A stretch of DNA of 64,000 nt from Bilabrum cf. latius (GCA_965178125.1 OZ237773.1:372001-436000), one strand, 5' to 3'. Positions 12,601-25,920 are shown, numbered from the stretch's first letter. The notes: generated from the letters alone by a model not told the origin. Program-made: numbers and translations.

Positions 12601-15600
12601 GCAGGTGCCACCTCGGCTGGAACGTCTGTGTACAGGGTGATGCTGGGTGCAGTCGCTTGCAGCGCGCCAGAGACCGGGACAGCCCATTCCGTTCTTACTG
12701 CTGGCACGGCAGAGCGCGCGGCAGATCTGGCCATGGGCCGTCTGGCGGGCGGGGATTGCCCCCAAGGGCCGCTGCCTGCTGCCGTTGCCCGTCTGCTGGC
12801 CAGCCCAGGGAGCGCACTGGGCCCCGCTGCCGCCAGTCTTGCCGAGGTGCTCGCAGAGGAGGTGCGTCTGGAGAGCGCCGGGGTGGGCGGTAGACAGGAG
12901 AGCGGAGGGTCAGGGGGGGCTAGTGGCGCTGGAGCATCCTCTTCCTCCTCCTCGTCCATGGGAGGAAGCGGGAGTCCTCTGCTGATGGGCGGGACTCGGA
13001 CCAGGGAGAGGCGGAGGAGGCCGCTCTGGTGGCTGCCAGCGCGGTGACGCAATGGTCAGCGAGGGGCGCACTCCCGGCCATCGTGGCAGGGCTGAGACAC
13101 AGCTCCACGCTGAGGCAGGCACTCTTCCGCTTTATGCTCCTGTGGCTGCCCGTGGGTGCGGCCCTGCTCCCTGGGCCGATCCGATGCCGCCAACGAAGTG
13201 ACCGGAGGGTCCTTTTCTCCTCCTCCTTGTCATCCTCCTCCTCGTCGTCGACTCGCGTGCCCGAAGGGTTCTCCCCCCTGCTGGCCCACGCATCGTCAGG
13301 GGCCGCGGCTACGCGGGCGGCACAGACGATCGGAGCAGTGGGTGTGTCCCGGCTCTGTGAGGCATCCTCACCCCTCGTGGCCCCGCCCCCACCCGAGGCT
13401 GCCGTCCTGTCAGGGCTTGCACACGCGAGACATGCATCTGTGGGTCGCGGCGCCACAGGGGGAAGGCAAGCTGCCAGGCAGTCACCTCCCGGCCGTGGAA
13501 GGGATGACAGTGAGACGATCTATAGGATGCTAACGGCTCTGCTGGGCTTCGGTGGCAGGCTGGGAAGCTCTGCGTGGCGGCTGCTGCTGCAGCTGCCCAC
13601 TCGGGAGGAAGCTGTTCGCGCCGTGGTGTCCATGGGAGGGGCCTCGGATGGAACAGCCGACGGCGTGCTGCGCTGGAGCGGGGTACTGGGAGGCGGCGGT
13701 GGTGTGTTCCTCAGGCTGTACCGCATGCTGGTGCTGGACTCGGCCATCCACGGGGCTTGGCCACCTCCCGTGCCTCTGCTGGCGCAAGCGGCGGCAGCAG
13801 GATCTGGCTCGGCAGCTGCGCGGCAGCGCCGATCTGCAGGGGGACAGGGACAGGGACAGGCCGGTCTGCGACCGCCCGCCACCGAGCAAGAGAGTCAGCG
13901 CGCGGTATGGGTGGCTCGATTTGCCAGGTCGGGAGGCGTGGCGCACTGCACCCGAGCCCTTGGGTCAGCTGTTGAGCCACTGAGGTATCGGTTCGCCTCC
14001 GAGCCTGCTGCATCCAGGCTGGCCCTTTGGTCCGAATCTGCCCACCTGTGCCGGTGCCTGCTGACTGCGCTATCCATGGACCCTGCCTTCGTGCCAGTGG
14101 GCTTTGACGGTGTGGGTAGCGCGGCGGTGGGACCAGCGGCCCGTGCTGCGGCTGTGCTCACCTATGGGCTGGATGCAGCCGCGGCAGCGATCGAAGTGAA
14201 GGATGGCAGGCAGGGGCAGGACGCTGCTCCTTGGGGCATGCGGGCCGAATCCATGGCCGGTGGGGCGGGGGCCGCGAGCGGGCTGCTCGGCCTAGGCGGG
14301 GTGGAGGGCGCGGTCAGGGCGCTCACCAGGGGCATGGTGGCTGCCAGGCTGCGAGCCGTGGCGCCCGTGGTGGCCCCTCGCTCCCTGCTGGCTGAGGCAG
14401 GTGACCTGTCTCTAGTGGCACAGCACTCGCTGAGGCTGCTTCTTGCCGCCGCTGCCGAATCTAGGCCAAGCAGCCGTGCGCCTGCCGAGGCAGTAGCCGC
14501 CGCGGGCAGTGCTGCCGCTGTAGCCGCGCATCTGCTCACCGCTTGCTGCCTCAGTGACGGGGCCGCAGCTCGTTGGCTGCTCGGCCGGACGGACCTCGGG
14601 AAAGTGCTGGCAAAGCTGCTTCTAGTGGCCGGCCCCGCCGTGCGACTGCACTCGTCACAGGCACTCCTGCGGCTCTGTAGGAGCGGGCTGCTTTTGTCCG
14701 CCGAGGGCGAGGCAGAGGCAGGTGAGGGCAGCGAGGGTAGGGCCTCTCCAAGTGGAGTCGATGGATCGGGGGCAGGGGCAGGGGCAGGAGCGGGGAGGGG
14801 TGCGCGTACAGCGGCCGAAACCATCCTGAGGCACCTGCTCATGCTGCTGCCGCGGTGCAGAAGCAAGCGCGCGGCTGGAAGGTGCGGGCATTTCTATGCT
14901 CTGCTGTCGGCCGTGTTCGCCCACTGCCTGAGGGGCGGTGGGCCCGATGCCACTGGCCCGCGGCCCGCGTCGGCTGTGGCCCATGGGCTCGCTGCTCATA
15001 TGCGATCCGACGTGGAGGCTGCTGCCGCTCGGGGAACACAGGCCGCCGAGAAGGTGGCCAATGCTGCGGCTGCATAGCGGGGTCAGGTGCTTCGGCAGCA
15101 GATCGCGCGGGCCTGGCAGTCGGCGGCGCGGGGCAGGGCAGAGTCGATGCACCTGGCCCTCGACCCCACCGTGGGGGCAGGCGCAGGGGGTGCCTCCCCG
15201 TGCATGCAGCGCACTCAGACTGACGTCACCGAAGACGATGCCACTGGGATCATGAGCCGCACCTATTCTGATGGTGTGACGAGTGTGGTGGATGGAGCAG
15301 ATAGCGGAGGACTGCCAGGCTCTGACGCAGCCCCTGGACTCACGCCCGCCCAGTGGCGGATGCAGCGGTCACCTTCGCTAGTAGCCATGGGATTCGATCC
15401 CCCGGTCACCCCCTAGAGACCGGGAGCATCGGGAATGCCTAGTGCTCTGGAGCTGACCCCGGTGCTGGGCGTGCCGGGGTCCAGCGTAAGCTAGCAAGGC
15501 ACCCCCAGGCTGGGGGCAGTGGGCGCCGCAGTAGCAGATGCAGCTGGAGGACCTGAGGTGGCCGCTCTGCGGAACCGGCGGGATCTTGACGTGCCGGTGT

Positions 15601-17039
15601 CGGCGGGCGTGTGGTACTGCCGGCTCGCTTTATCTCTCATGGTGATGCGGTCAAACGAGCAGCACGGATCGATGGGGGGCGGGGCGATGAGGAATGCGGC
15701 TGCCAGCGCGGCTGTCTCCAGCGGGCAAGGGAGTGCGGGCGGCGCGGATGAGTTCGAGGACAGTGGAGGTTGCGACCACCGGGTGCGGGGTACACTCGTC
15801 ACACTTCGTGCTCTGCTGCGCAGCGCACCTGCTTTGAAGCAAGCCCCCGTGAACCGCCCACTGATCGCCTTCATTCTGTGCGCTGGCCTGTTCCCGCCCG
15901 CTAGCCCCGGCAACTCGCCTCTGGGAGAGTTGGCTGCGACGGGCAGCTTGGCTGCCAATAGGCGGCGCGCCACACAGGTTGGTGCTTTATTCAAGAGCGC
16001 AGGCACCCGGCGGGTGGCATACGGTCTGCTGCTGGACCTGGTGCGTGTGGAGGTGGAAGAGGGGGACGATTCTGGGGTGCTGGAGGCGGGGCAGGAGGTG
16101 GAAGAATCAGCCGGTTAGGGAGAGGGCGAGGGTGAGAGCAAGTTGGAAGAAGGGGCTGAACCCGTCACAGAGGCGGGAACAGGTGCGACCGTGGAGCCTG
16201 AGGCAGAGGCAGAGGCAGATGAAGAAGCGGATGATCCACCACTCGTGGTCAAGCCCGCCAGCGCCGTGTCCCTGTCTCCCTCCGCCCTTGCCCTGCGCAT
16301 GGCACTCACGCCCAGCAAACCCCCCAGGTTCCAAGACGGCGCCCTGGCCCTGCGGTATGCCGATGAGGGGCTCCCGCCCATCCGAGGCACAGACAGGGCG
16401 CGACTCGTCCTAGTGGCAGAGACCGTTTGCAGGGAGTGCGGGGCCTATGGGGGAGAGGACTGGGTCAAGGATGGTCGCAAACTAGCAGTTGAGCTGGGGT
16501 TGTTGTCGGCAGATGACACGCAGGGACAGGGTGTCAGGAGCGGGGCTGGTTCTGCAAACAGTGAGGGGAAGGGCACTGTGGCCCGCGTGCGGCAGGAATG
16601 GCCGCTATTCCGTCGCTGGACATATGCACCACGCCTGCTGCTGCTTCCCTCTGCAGTGCCCTACATTGGCCTCAAGAACCAGTCGTGCACGTGCTACATG
16701 AACGCCCTGCTGCAGCTGCTCTTCCTCATCCCTCGGTTCAGGCAGGCAGTGCTGCACGCGCTGCCTGAGGGAAGGAAGGACGGTGACGTGGTTAAGAGAG
16801 AGGGCGAAGACAGCAGCGTGGGCGTGCTGCGAGAGCTCCGGCGACTCTACGGGCAGCTGGCGCTGAGCCCCCGCAGGTGGGTGGACACCATCGATTTCTG
16901 CCGCGCGTTCCCCGGAGACGGCGGTGCCCCTCTGAACCTGAGAGAGCAGAAGGACGCGCAGGAATTCGGACAGAAGCTCTTCGAGCTGCTAGAGAAAGCA
17001 GACGTGCCATCAGAGCCTGGGCATTCTGTTGTTGGCAGC

Positions 17040-17080
<41 letters not shown>

Positions 17081-20000
17081 GAAGAAAGGCTGGTTAAAGA
17101 GGCACCTGCAGCGGACAATCGGTGGCAGTGTGGTGAACCAGATCATTAGCAAAGGGGGCAAGCCCTTCGTGAGCGAGCGGGAGGAGGAATTCAACATGCT
17201 TTCCGTTGGTCTCACGGAGAAGGAATCGCTGCAGGACAGCCTAAGGGCGCTGATCTAGCCCGATCTGCTGTCTGGTGACAACCAGTACCAGCTACCAGAT
17301 GGCTCCAAGACAGATGCCACCAAGCGACAGCTAGTTCGCCGGCTGCCCCCGCACCTGATCATGCACCTCAAGCGGCTCGAGTTCGACCTGACTGCCCTGC
17401 GCAAGGTCAAGAGCAACAAGCGGCTGGCTTTTCCTGACGTCATCGATATGCGACCCTTCTGTGACGTTGGCCCAGGCGGAGACGACGCGAGACAGGCCAA
17501 GCGTGCCATGGAAGAGGCAGAAGCGGAGGCAGAAGCAGAGGCAGAAGCATAGGCCGATGCTGGGGAAGCGTTGCACAAACAAGCGGGTCCCGCCTCGGGA
17601 GCTGGGGCCAGTAGTGACGTGGATGCCCAACCATCTGAAGAACCGCCCGCACCCGTTTCAGAGCCCTCCGACGAACCGGTGCCGCGCCAGGAAAATGCCC
17701 AAGGCAAGCGGACGGGCAAGGGCAAGAGGAAACCGAAAGCCAAAGCCAAGCCTTCCTGGTACTACCGCTACCGTCTGCAGGGGGTGCTGGTGCACATGGG
17801 CACGGCGGACAGCGGACACTACTACTATTTTGCGAGGGAGAGGATCGCAGACGCTGGCATCGCGCAGCCGCAGCAGGCAGCCGGGCACAGGTCCAGCGAT
17901 GCGGCTAGCACGGTCACCGGCGGGCAGGCTGTGCATCCCGACGACCACTCATCACAGCAAGCTCTGGACGACGTGCCTGCCTCCGCGGCCCAGTGGTGGG
18001 AGCTCAATGACAGGGCGGTGCGTCCCTTTGACACGGACCGCATGGCCGACACATGGTTCGGAGGCGACTACGAGGCCGACTCTGGAGCGGGCAAACGCAA
18101 GTTTACTCGCCACCTGAACGCCTACATGCTGGTGTACGACCGTATGGTGCCTCCCGGCGAGAGCTGGGAGGACGCGGAGGAGGTGGAGGAGAAAGAAGAA
18201 GAGCACGAGAAAGAGGGTGGAGCTGATCGTGAGCACTCCGCAGCTGCTCGGGCTCTCGGAGTAGCGACTGGAATCCTGTCACCTGGCGGCGGGAGCGGCA
18301 ATCGCAAGGATAGGGACAGGGACAGACCGATCGACGAGGCTTCGCCCCCTGCTGCTAGGCTGTCTGCGAGTTTTGCAGCGGCCGTGCAGGTCGCCACAGT
18401 CGGAAGGCGTGCCCGTCGGATGGCCGGCAGCACGCGAACCAAGCTGCCGGGTGGGCTGCCGCTGACAGTGCCACCGGACATTCGGAAGCACGTGTGGCTG
18501 CAGCAGAGAGAGCTTCTGACGTCCCTCTTCGTGTACAGCAGGGAACACGCTGCATTCAGCTGGGGGTTGGCAACTGAGGTGCTGCGGGAGATCACCCGGG
18601 GCAGGAACAGGACGGGCGACTCCAGCGGGGGAGGGCGAGCCGATCTGCTGCCTCCCTGCAGCATCGGCGGACCATCGCACCTGCAGCTCGCCCGGGCTGG
18701 GACGCACGACCTGGCCATTGACCTTGTGCGATTCGTCTGGAGGTATGCCGCGGAGGTGGTGCTGCGCTCGCCTCGGCTCAGGAGGACGGGAGCCGCGCCC
18801 TGGCGCGCCGCCATCGGCGCCATTTGCGACGCATCCCCTCCAGCAGCGGCCTGGCTCGTGGGCGCGCTGGGCCGGCCCCCCTCCTACCAGTACACCCTGT
18901 CCCATCTTGTTCCCCGAGTGGACCTCTCCCCTGATGGGACCCCCATCGTGGGGGCAGACCCCTCCGTGGAAATGGGGGCAACAACCCGCCCTGTGCTCGT
19001 GCCCGAGCCGCCTGCCACTGCGGGGGCATTAGTCCGAAGCGCAAGGGCGGCCGGGGTATCTGCTGCTGCAGCAGGTGCACTGCATGGATGTGAGAACAAT
19101 GGGACGAGTGCGGCAACTATCGAGGTGTCGCAGCAGCTTGCATCGGAGCCGGCGGCCGAGGGCAAAGAGACGGAGATCGATGAGGAGGGTGGTACCGATG
19201 GAGATGGGCTGGAGGCGAAGATGGCAGAAGAAGCAGCAGCGAAAGCCAAGCAGGACGCCGAGGACGCCGAGATGGCCCGGGTGATGGGCATGACTGTGGA
19301 GGAGCTGAGGCGACAGCGGATCGTGGAGCAGGCGTTCTAGAAGGGCGGCGAGCAGGCGGCAGCAGACGCGCGGAAGGCCTTCAACGAGGCGGCGGCCAAG
19401 GACAAGAGCGACCAGGCGGCTGCCATGAAAGGGAGCCGGGAGGGCAGCAGTGCCCGCGGTGCGGGCGAGGCAATCGGGGCGGGTGCTCCTCGCGGACGCC
19501 AGTCCCTGCCCCTGCTTGCCGTGGGATTCGGCGGGTTTGTGGCTCCCAGGTGGGGGGGTCTAGAGTCTGCGGCTAGGGTGGCCATGGGGGCCGGGCAGGG
19601 GAACAAGGGCAAGGGCAAGGGGTCCTCCCCGCGGGATGCCGCATGGGATGAGGTGCAGCTGCTGATTCCCCAGCGGCCAGGCACCCTACTCGGCGAGCTG
19701 GCCGTGGCGTGCCCCGACCTAGGGATCCGGGCATGGGCGGCCGCTGTGGCGCTGCGGGCGTCGAGGGCGGCAGAGGTTGGGGCTGCGTTGGTGGAGTCGC
19801 AAGGGGTGGGTCCTTTGCTGCAGGGCGTGACGAGTGAGGACGATTCCGTGACGGATCTCGAGTCGGGCGCGAGCCCGCAGCTCAAGGCGGCACTGTCCAT
19901 GGCTCGGCAGGCCAGCACGGCAGGCTGCGGTCCTCTGCTTCTTCGGCGCGGGGCCGCATCTGAGCTGCTGGTGCTGGTGGCGCTAGATGCGGCCAACCGA

Positions 20001-21314
20001 CTGACGAGTGCGGGTGCCGACGTGTACCGCGCCGAGGTTGTGCTTGAAGTGGCTCGCGGGGCGGTGCAGTCCGGGGAAGCGGTACGGCGGCGTCTTCTGC
20101 TGGGCGCGAGGGGCGCGGCGGCGCAAGACCGTGTCGGGATGGGCCTGGGCGTGTCCCGGTAGGCGGACGAGGGGCGTGCCCAAGAGGAGGCAGAGGCGCT
20201 GAGGGATGCGCTGGCGCCCGTGGTGGGCGACGATCTTCAGGTGAACGCAGCGGATGGGATCTGCGAGGCTGTCGTGGCTCTGTGCGGCACTAGCAGCGAC
20301 GGGGTGACGACTCACGCGGCGCACCAGAGGGCCGTGGTGCTGCAGGAAGTGAACGGATACATGGCAGCCCTGAGCGCCAAGCGAGCGGCCTCCCTTGCCG
20401 CTGCTGGGGAGGGAGGGGACACGACAGGGGGAGGGGGCGTGGTGCAGGCCCTGGAAGCCAGCGAAGGCAGCCTGCGATGGCTGCCGTTTGGCGTGGCGGC
20501 CTACGCGGGCGAGGGAACAAGGATGTTCAGCCAGGTGGTGGCTCCCAGGGAGGAGGATGGGCCGGGGGCGAGGGGTGGGATGGGGCATGCAGTGCCTCCT
20601 GAGATGCACCCGCTGGTTGACGCCCTGCAGGTGCTGGCCAGGTCGGTGGGATCCAGGCAGGCGGTGAGGCAGTTGAGAGCAGCTGCTACTTCCGGCGGTG
20701 CCAGTGGCAGTGCACCTGCGGGATAGCCTCTGCTGCTGCGCGAGTCGTCATCCCCCGAGCGGCTCGGAGCGAGCCGCCTGCTCGTCCCCAGGGAGATCTC
20801 GAGTAAGCTGGTGGATCCAGCGGTGGTGAATCGGTGGAGAAGCCTGAACGCCTCGGGCATGATCACTGCACTGCGGCACATCTCAAGAGACGACCAGGGC
20901 AGGACCGTGGAGCTAATGCAGGAGGCCGCCCGATCACTCAACTCTGCGCTGACGGCCTCTCGGCTGGACCACTACAGGGCCAACGCGGCCATGCGGGCCA
21001 TCGACATGCTGGCCGAGCTGTGCTCCGTGAACGACGGGATCGGTGCTCGGCGGCTGACCGACCCTGCCATGCTGGACGGGTGTGTCCCCTCGGTGGCCTC
21101 TCCCATGAACCTCCTCATCCTCAGCGGGAACTACGTCATGGAGAGCGGGCCGGCCAAGTCCACGCACGCGGTCTATCCCAGGATGGTGCTGGTGGCGCTG
21201 ACGAGAGCCTTGGCCACGATCGCAGCCAGGTGTCCGGATGAGAGGAGGCAGGTGACGATGACGGACCAGAACAGGCTGGCGTGGATCGAATGGGCCAGGT
21301 CCTACATGGCGTGA
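3634..21314 (+). CDS. Giant ubiquitin carboxyl-terminal hydrolase (peptidase C19, USP9X/24/34-like), ~5900 aa
   Basis: ATG 3634 to TGA 21312-21314, with 17 in-frame TAGs (3904, 3922, 3973, 5776, 5860, 8464, 8692, 9232, 15075, 15414, 15492, 16116, 17256, 17550, 19338, 20160, 20724) and one frame change near 12970. Motifs: Cys box GLKNQSCTCYMNALLQ, QKDAQEF, LHLKRLEFD-like MHLKRLEFD, His box GVLVHMGTADSGHYY, WWELND, NAYMLVY. Possible ubiquitin-like segment at ~11700-11870. Confidence 0.88.
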
Positions 21315-21441
21315 TGACTGAATAATGCGATGAATCGAATGTGACTAGAATCTATTGGGAGTCGATGGTCACGTAAGGTCATATGATGCTGTTCTTGGTG
21401 CTTCAAGTTGCCTGATTGCAACGTACCCCTTTTCAAGACCA

Positions 21442-22458
21442 TCAGCCTGTCCGTGGCTTGTGCCCGATAAACACATACAGCTGCTGCTCACCGAGCACTG
21501 CCTCATCGAGCGTCTGCTCGCCGTCGGCAATCTTTGGGATGTCGCTAGCTGAGCTTGCCTCGTGATCCCCAGTCGAAAGTTCGCCGCCGCGGCTGCTTGC
21601 ACGCTTCCTGCCCTTGCCTCTCCATCTATCCATGTTTCCATTGCCCTGCTTGCGCAGTCCTTTGCTCGCTGGCTGCTCAGGAGAGAGCACGCTCTCACCG
21701 TTCTTGATCGTTGACTTGCGGAGTGTGATGCGAGAGAATCCAGCGGCCCGCATTGCCTCAAGCACCTGCTCTTGATCGGTGTTGCGAAAAAGATCGGGCG
21801 AATCTTTGTGAAGGCTTGCCAGGTGCTCCGGCTGGGCCATCTCAAAGACGTGGCGGCCACCCTTGCGCAGCACTCTGAACACGTCTTGCATGCCCAGGTC
21901 AAGGTTCTTCCAAAAATACACGCAGTTCGTGTGAATCACAAGATCTGCAGATTCATCCGCGAGCGGAAGCTGCTGCGGTGCATCCTCGCCAACGCCTCCG
22001 TCCAAGACTGAAACTGAAGCTCTTCCCACCATGCGGGCGCGGGCCGCATCCACACTCGACTTCGCCGGGTCTACCCCAAAGACTCTATAACTTATTTCCG
22101 AGCCGTGGATCTCGTTTAGCGCTCTGTCCAGCTCATCGAGCATGAGGCCGTTCGCACAACCCAGCTCAACAATAGACGTGTCCTTCTCGGAGAGATTGGC
22201 GCTCTTGAGCGCCATTTGCCGCGGCCTGACATTAATATTCTGCATAAATGAGAAGATAGTACTCGCTAAGAAACCCTCCGGGTGGCTGAGCTATCGGTGA
22301 AACGTCCGCTTACAGCAAGACCCCAAGATTTTGCGAAGCATCTGCACTCCGCTTGACCGTACTACAGCTGCAACAGCCCCGCAAGCCACAATTGTGCACG
22401 CTAGGGTCACTGCTACAGCTGGCGTCACAGCAAAACCGGCAATGCTCAACGAGGACAT
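21442..22458 (-). CDS. Class I SAM-dependent methyltransferase with N-terminal hydrophobic anchor
   Basis: Motif I IVELGCANG, motif GVDP, LPLADESADLV, VYFW and RVLRKGG. The N-terminus reads through TAG 22291 to give R(Q)LSHPEG, resembling the QL..P.G motif of this family. Ends at TGA 21442. Confidence 0.85.
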
Positions 22459-22655
22459 GTACCTTCGAAATGTGAGGGCAGCCAATGACGCAGAACCGGA
22501 ACCCGCGAACGAACCAAAAGACGAACTTTGATTGCGCTTAGAAAGGGCGGGCGGGAGAGGCGCAAAGGTCTATATCCGAGGGTTTGATAAGAAGATATAA
22601 TGTTTGATAGCAAAGCACGGCACTCCGCCAGCATCCAACACACCACTTGTGCCTC

Positions 22656-24875
22656 TCACATGACCTCGCCTCCCCTGCTGCTCTTGGCCCCCTTGGGGTT
22701 CTCCGACAGGGGGCGGGCCAGGTTGGGCTGCCTCGTCATGGAGATGACCCGCTCCCAGGTGCGGCCGGTGGGGCGCATCACCCGGGGGGACGTCTCGGTC
22801 ACCGCAGTGATGGGGAGCAGCACCATGCGGTTGTTGACCAGCCCAACCGTGGCTCCAGTGAACCCAGCCATGGCCGCATGCACCGCGTTCTGTCCCAGGA
22901 GCATGCCGTACGTGCTATCCGATGCATTGGCAGGGACAGACCTCACGATGTAGGAGGGGTCAATGAACTTGACGTTGCACTCCGTCTTGATCTTCTTGAA
23001 GTGGGCCTTGATCTAACCCACGATGAATTCCCCGATGGGCGGCAGCTTGTGGTGCCCGCCCGCATCCACCTCGTCCGAGCTCGGCTTGAGCAGCTCCTCC
23101 CCCGCCCCCTCGGCAACAACGAGCACGGCGTGACCTTGTTCCTCGATGCACTGCTCCAGGTGGCACAGCACGCCCTCCTTACCATCCATCTTCACGGGTA
23201 CCTCGGGCACCAGGCAGCAGTCGACCTCGCCTGCCGCCAGGGTGGCGTGGGCGGCGATGAACCCCGCGTGCCGGCCCATGACTTTGACCACCCCGATCCC
23301 GTTGGGGGCGCACTTTGCCTCGGTAGTGGCGCAGTGAATGGCGTTCACGGCGGCCTCCACGGCCGTTTGGAACCCGAAGGTTCGGTCGATAAAGTCGATG
23401 TCGTTGTCGATGGACTTGGGTACTCCGATGATGGACATGGGCTGGGAGGAGCGCTCCTCGGCTGCCTTGAGAAGGGCAGTGGCACCTCGGTGGGTCCCGT
23501 CCCCACCGATGATGTAGAGCTGGTTGATGCCGCGCTTCTCGCACCACCCGAAGATCGCATCGTGGTCGTACCCCCCGCGAGCACAGGCCAGGATGCTGCC
23601 CCCGTACTGGTGGATGTTGAGCGTGGACTCGATGGTCAGATCCAGCGGCTCGCTGCAGAGACACAGGGAAGGACGAGGAGAAGGGCAACGTGAGTCTTAG
23701 GGTGTGGCGGGATGGGCGTGAGATGGCTGGGTGCGAGTAGATATATCTACCATGCGAGTGTAGCCGTGGCATGGCATCGCACTACCGTGGCATGGCATCG
23801 CACTGCCGTGGCATGACATCGCACTACCGCGCGCTACTGCCATAAGTGCAGAATGGACATGGACTCACCGTCCGATCGGGGTGTCATCGTGGAACCCGTT
23901 GAAGCCGTTCCGCACGCCGAACACCTTCTCAGCTCCATACAGTACAATCAAGCTGCAGCAATGGAAGTAAATGACAAGCAGAGCGAAGCAAGCAAAAAAC
24001 ATACTAGAGGGTGCAAGAGGACGCTCCAGTGCGAGCAAGTGCTCAGAAGCGCGTGCTCACCTCCTCGTGATCTCGCGGATGACGTCATTGAGACCGGGGC
24101 ACAAACCCCCGCAGGTAACAACCGCAGCGCGCACCTTTGTAGGCTTGAAGTAGAGCTCGGACCTGGGGCCCGCTCTCACGAACCCGCGGCTGATGCGCTC
24201 GTGGGACGAGTTGCGCACGATGTCGCCGAGGATGCAGTGCTGCCCCCCAATTATGTTCCGGTACTTGATTGGACTGCCAGTGACGTCACTCATTGCGCGG
24301 CGGCAGTTCTCCACGGCCTGGTCCTGGTCCGGGTACTTGTCGCGTAGGTCGGGCACGCGGAAGAGGAGCACGCGGTCCACGGCGAACTGGTTGGCTTCCA
24401 CGGTGTGCTCCGCGATCTTGTCGCCTCCATCGAAGTGCTGCTTGGACCAAGAGAGCCTGTGCTGGGTGTTGGCTCGCTTGAGGGTGCGGCCCACTTCTGG
24501 GGAGAGGCCCTGCTCGGCTCCTGCGGGCATTTCCTCTTCATGACCAGCGGCCCCTTCATCGGCGCTACCGCTGCTGTTACCGCTGCCTTTGTCGAACTAA
24601 AAAGGAGCAAGCATAGAAGGACTCAGCAAGTCTCCGCTCGTGACCTTTTTTATCTCGTCCTCGCCGGCACCGCTCGCAGGTGCTTTGCCTTTCGAACCTG
24701 GCGGGGATGCGCACGGAGCAGGCTAGATGTTGGGCCGAGAGTGCGATGATGATTTAGATGCTCTCGATAGCACCGCTGTGGTTGCTGCCCCAATCGCTAC
24801 TCCGAACCCAAGCGCCGCAAGCAGCTTCACTGTCTCCGCAGAAAGTGCACCATGCGACTCTGCCTTTCCCGACAT
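22656..24875 (-). CDS. PFK: ATP-dependent 6-phosphofructokinase (plant/trypanosome clade X-like); 3 exons: 24061-24875, 23869-23952, 22656-23652
   Basis: Motifs [49 protein letters not shown] introns 23953-24060 and 23653-23868 join the exons in frame (632 codons). In-frame TAGs at 24723, 24597 and 23013; stop is TGA. Confidence 0.93.
23764..23829. repeat. 21-bp tandem repeat x3 in PFK intron 2
   Basis: The unit CCGTGGCATGGCATCGCACTA starts at 23764, 23785 and 23806. Confidence 0.9.
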
Positions 24876-25384
24876 CCTGCAAGAGTGGGTACGGGTCAAG
24901 TATAATTTCTTAATCAATTTAATGCGGACATACAATTTCAAACGCTTGGGTGCGCTAAAGACAGCATGACTGGCTAAGTGCACCGCCGCGACGCGCACCT
25001 GATGGGCACCGAAGCTCATCCCGGAACGGCATACATGGTCCTCATTATTTAAAACTACCGCCCACATTCCAGTGTTTCGTTCATACACTATATATTCATA
25101 CAGTCAAGCCGCCCTAATACACAGGAGAAGCACGTATCTTGCGGCCTGTACGTAGATCCATTTCTTGGCAGCACGATTCGACTGCACATCAGCGTCAGGC
25201 CTTATCAATCACTCAAACACAAAATCCACGCAGTATTCCAGGTCCATTCCATGCACAGCGATATACTCTCACCGATTCGGCTGCCAATGGCCGTCGGACA
25301 AGCAGTGGTGAGAACCATCGCCAGCAAGTGCGAACAGTTGATGTCCCGTGACGAGTGCTCACCAACGGCATCCAACATGGCAGC

Positions 25385-25577
25385 GCGGTGACCGAGACGT
25401 CCCCCCGGGTGATGCGCCCCACCGGCCGCACCTGGGAGCGGGTCATCTCCATGACGAGGCAGCCCAACCTGGCCCGCCCCCTGTCGGAGAACCCCAAGGG
25501 GGCCAAGAGCAGCAGGGGAGGCGAGGTCATGTGAGAGGCACAAGTGGTGTGTTGGATACTGGCGGAGTGCCGTGCTT
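25385..25577 (+). repeat. Inverted duplicate of the PFK 3' end (last ~50 codons, stop and 3'UTR)
   Basis: Reverse complement of 22613-22805 (~193 bp); I saw one mismatch (ggatactggc vs ggatgctggc). Confidence 0.92.
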
Positions 25578-25743
25578 AATTAATATGCATGGATACAAAG
25601 CCACTATTCGTGCAAGTCTGTGCACTTCGTGTGCTGCGATGCCATTGAGGGGCTGGGCAGGACCCAGGCCGGCTCTCGCAATCCGCTGACATCCCCTCAT
25701 TCCTCCGACATCTCGCGCGCCTACTCGTTCCCGCAGAGCGCTA

Positions 25744-25920
25744 CATCACACGGCCCTCGATCCATCACACGGCCCTCGATCCATCACACGGCCCTCGATC
25801 CATCACACGGCCCTCGATCCATCACACGGCCCTCGATCCATCACACGGCCCTCGATCCATCACACGGCCCCAGTCCCCATCACACGGCCCTCGATCCATC
25901 ACACGGCCCCAGTCCCCATC
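25744..25920. repeat. 19/20-bp minisatellite (~9 units) overlapping the stop of the FabI-like gene
   Basis: CATCACACGGCCCTCGATC x7 plus two CATCACACGGCCCCAGTCCC variants; no spacers. Confidence 0.92.

Noticed and set aside
22613-25577. DNA transposon with terminal inverted repeats
   Set aside because: The arms are PFK coding and 3'UTR sequence. No transposase lies between them and I saw no target-site duplication.
25744-25920. CRISPR array
   Set aside because: The units are contiguous with no unique spacers, there are no cas genes, and the context is eukaryotic.
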